A stretch of 64,000 nucleotides of DNA, taken from an uncultured Verrucomicrobiae bacterium. Lineage in GTDB: Bacteria; Verrucomicrobiota; Verrucomicrobiia; Limisphaerales; JAFGQR01. Every line of letters starts with the position of its first letter. Position 1 is the stretch's first letter. The stretch spans positions 96,001 to 160,000 of the forward strand of contig CAWBHS010000060.1 in NCBI GenBank assembly GCA_963788655.1. The letters run 5' to 3'. Shown in pieces: positions 63,100 through 64,000 of the stretch. Below the pieces are notes generated by a model. It ran no database searches, was not told the origin of the DNA, and was given only the letters and a program-made list of their open reading frames with translations. The position numbers were made by a program, and so were the translations under genes.

Positions 63100-64000
63100 T
63101 CACGGCTTTGGGCTCCACTCGTAAACGACCTTGCCGTTCACGTCGTGGAACCGAAAGGTAATCGTGCTTCGCTGGCCCAGTGGGCTGACCGTGACGGACA
63201 GAAAGCCCCCCTTCACGCGGTGGAACCGGTGGTATTGCGCATCGAATCCCGGAGAACCGCCGGCGTGCTGGTCGCTGGCCGGACCACAGGAAAATTCCTG
63301 CACGCCGGTGCCTGGATGAACCGAATGGTATTGCCAATGCCGATCGCCGCATGCGATGAAGAAATGGCTCGGCAGCTTGTCATGGAACCATTGGCGGATT
63401 TCGTTGCCTTCGTGCGCGAAGCCGGCGTTGGCGTGGTTGTCATTCTTCCGGGACCGGTCTGGTCCCACAATCGGCGTGGGACTGACCAGCACTTTCCAAG
63501 TGGCGTCGCTGGCCAACAGGCTCTGTTTGAGCCAAGCTTTTTGCGCCGCGCCCCAAATCGTTTTGTCCGGCCCGTCCTTGCGCGTATTGGGCGAACGAAA
63601 ATCCCGGCCTTCGGTCAACCAGACCTGGAGCAACTGGCCCCAACGGAACGTGCGATAGGGTTTATCGCCGACGGGCGTTTGTTCGGCAAAGATGCGTTGA
63701 CCGTCCGCGAAGGTGAACTCACCCATGATCTTCGATTTAAGCGCCGGCCAGCAATCATCCTGCAACACGTCGTGGTCATCCTTTTCCCAGTAAGTTCCGA
63801 CGTGACTCAACAATTCCACGTGGCGCGGCAGACTGAATATGCGTTCCCAATGATAGCGAGCCAGGGCCACTGATCGGGCGCGCGGTTCCTCGTTGTCGTA
63901 ATAGACGTTGTCGCCGGTGAACACGATGAACTGCGGCTGGAGCCGGCCCATGGCGGAATAAATGTTGTAGCCGGCCGGATCATCCACATCCACATACATC
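63100..64000 (-). CDS. phoD: PhoD-family alkaline phosphatase/phosphodiesterase (5' end outside the window)
   Basis: FIVFTGDNVYYD, WEKDDHD, YRTFRWG, AQKAWLKQSL, CGDRHWQY. Confidence 0.85.
   Translation of the reverse strand, partial: MYVDVDDPAGYNIYSAMGRLQPQFIVFTGDNVYYDNEEPRARSVALARYHWERIFSLPRHVELLSHVGTYWEKDDHDVLQDDCWPALKSKIMGEFTFADGQRIFAEQTPVGDKPYRTFRWGQLLQVWLTEGRDFRSPNTRKDGPDKTIWGAAQKAWLKQSLLASDATWKVLVSPTPIVGPDRSRKNDNHANAGFAHEGNEIRQWFHDKLPSHFFIACGDRHWQYHSVHPGTGVQEFSCGPASDQHAGGSPGFDAQYHRFHRVKGGFLSVTVSPLGQRSTITFRFHDVNGKVVYEWSPKP

Noticed and set aside
150..63873. Many long antisense or alternate-frame ORFs (e.g. 4387-5700, 7393-8409, 15374-16486, 39358-40437, 51869-52924, 59903-60928)
   Set aside because: They overlap well-supported genes and have no recognisable motifs; such shadow ORFs are expected in GC-rich coding DNA.

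Overview
GC-rich bacterial chromosomal window. Gene content and repeat style suggest Verrucomicrobiota (Pedosphaera/Limisphaera-like); this is inference, not a database result. From left to right: secreted lamin-tail-domain (LTD)/CotH-kinase genes around a transglutaminase-like protein; a membrane-fused spermidine-synthase-like protein; a large orphan secreted protein; a Tat-exported Gfo/Idh/MocA oxidoreductase; a small accessory patch (deleted IS630 remnant, attC-like hairpins, and a UPF0175-DUF5678 plus retropepsin gene pair); a ~15.5 kb co-oriented glycan-degradation cluster (SASA esterase, GH20 remnant, GH106, GH146/GH127, double beta-helix protein, GRP sugar transporter, SGNH esterase, GH2); TrmH methylase, glnE, GT2, another CotH kinase, ilvN-ilvC, NUDIX, cyclophilin, a DRE-TIM aldolase-like protein and a GH5-like hydrolase; a beta-propeller/di-haem cytochrome c plus chorismatase-like (YjgF/Rid) gene pair; a DUF1080-GH28-like fusion; a TRAP transporter with a USP; and partial phoD. 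Ten single-base frameshifts (nine +1, one -1) split otherwise intact genes and are most likely sequencing errors. Intergenic DNA holds many unrelated REP-like palindrome families, including a 132 bp MITE-like element with IS5-like ends wrapped around a REP doublet. No rRNA, tRNA or CRISPR array was recognised. All family assignments are from motif recognition by eye.
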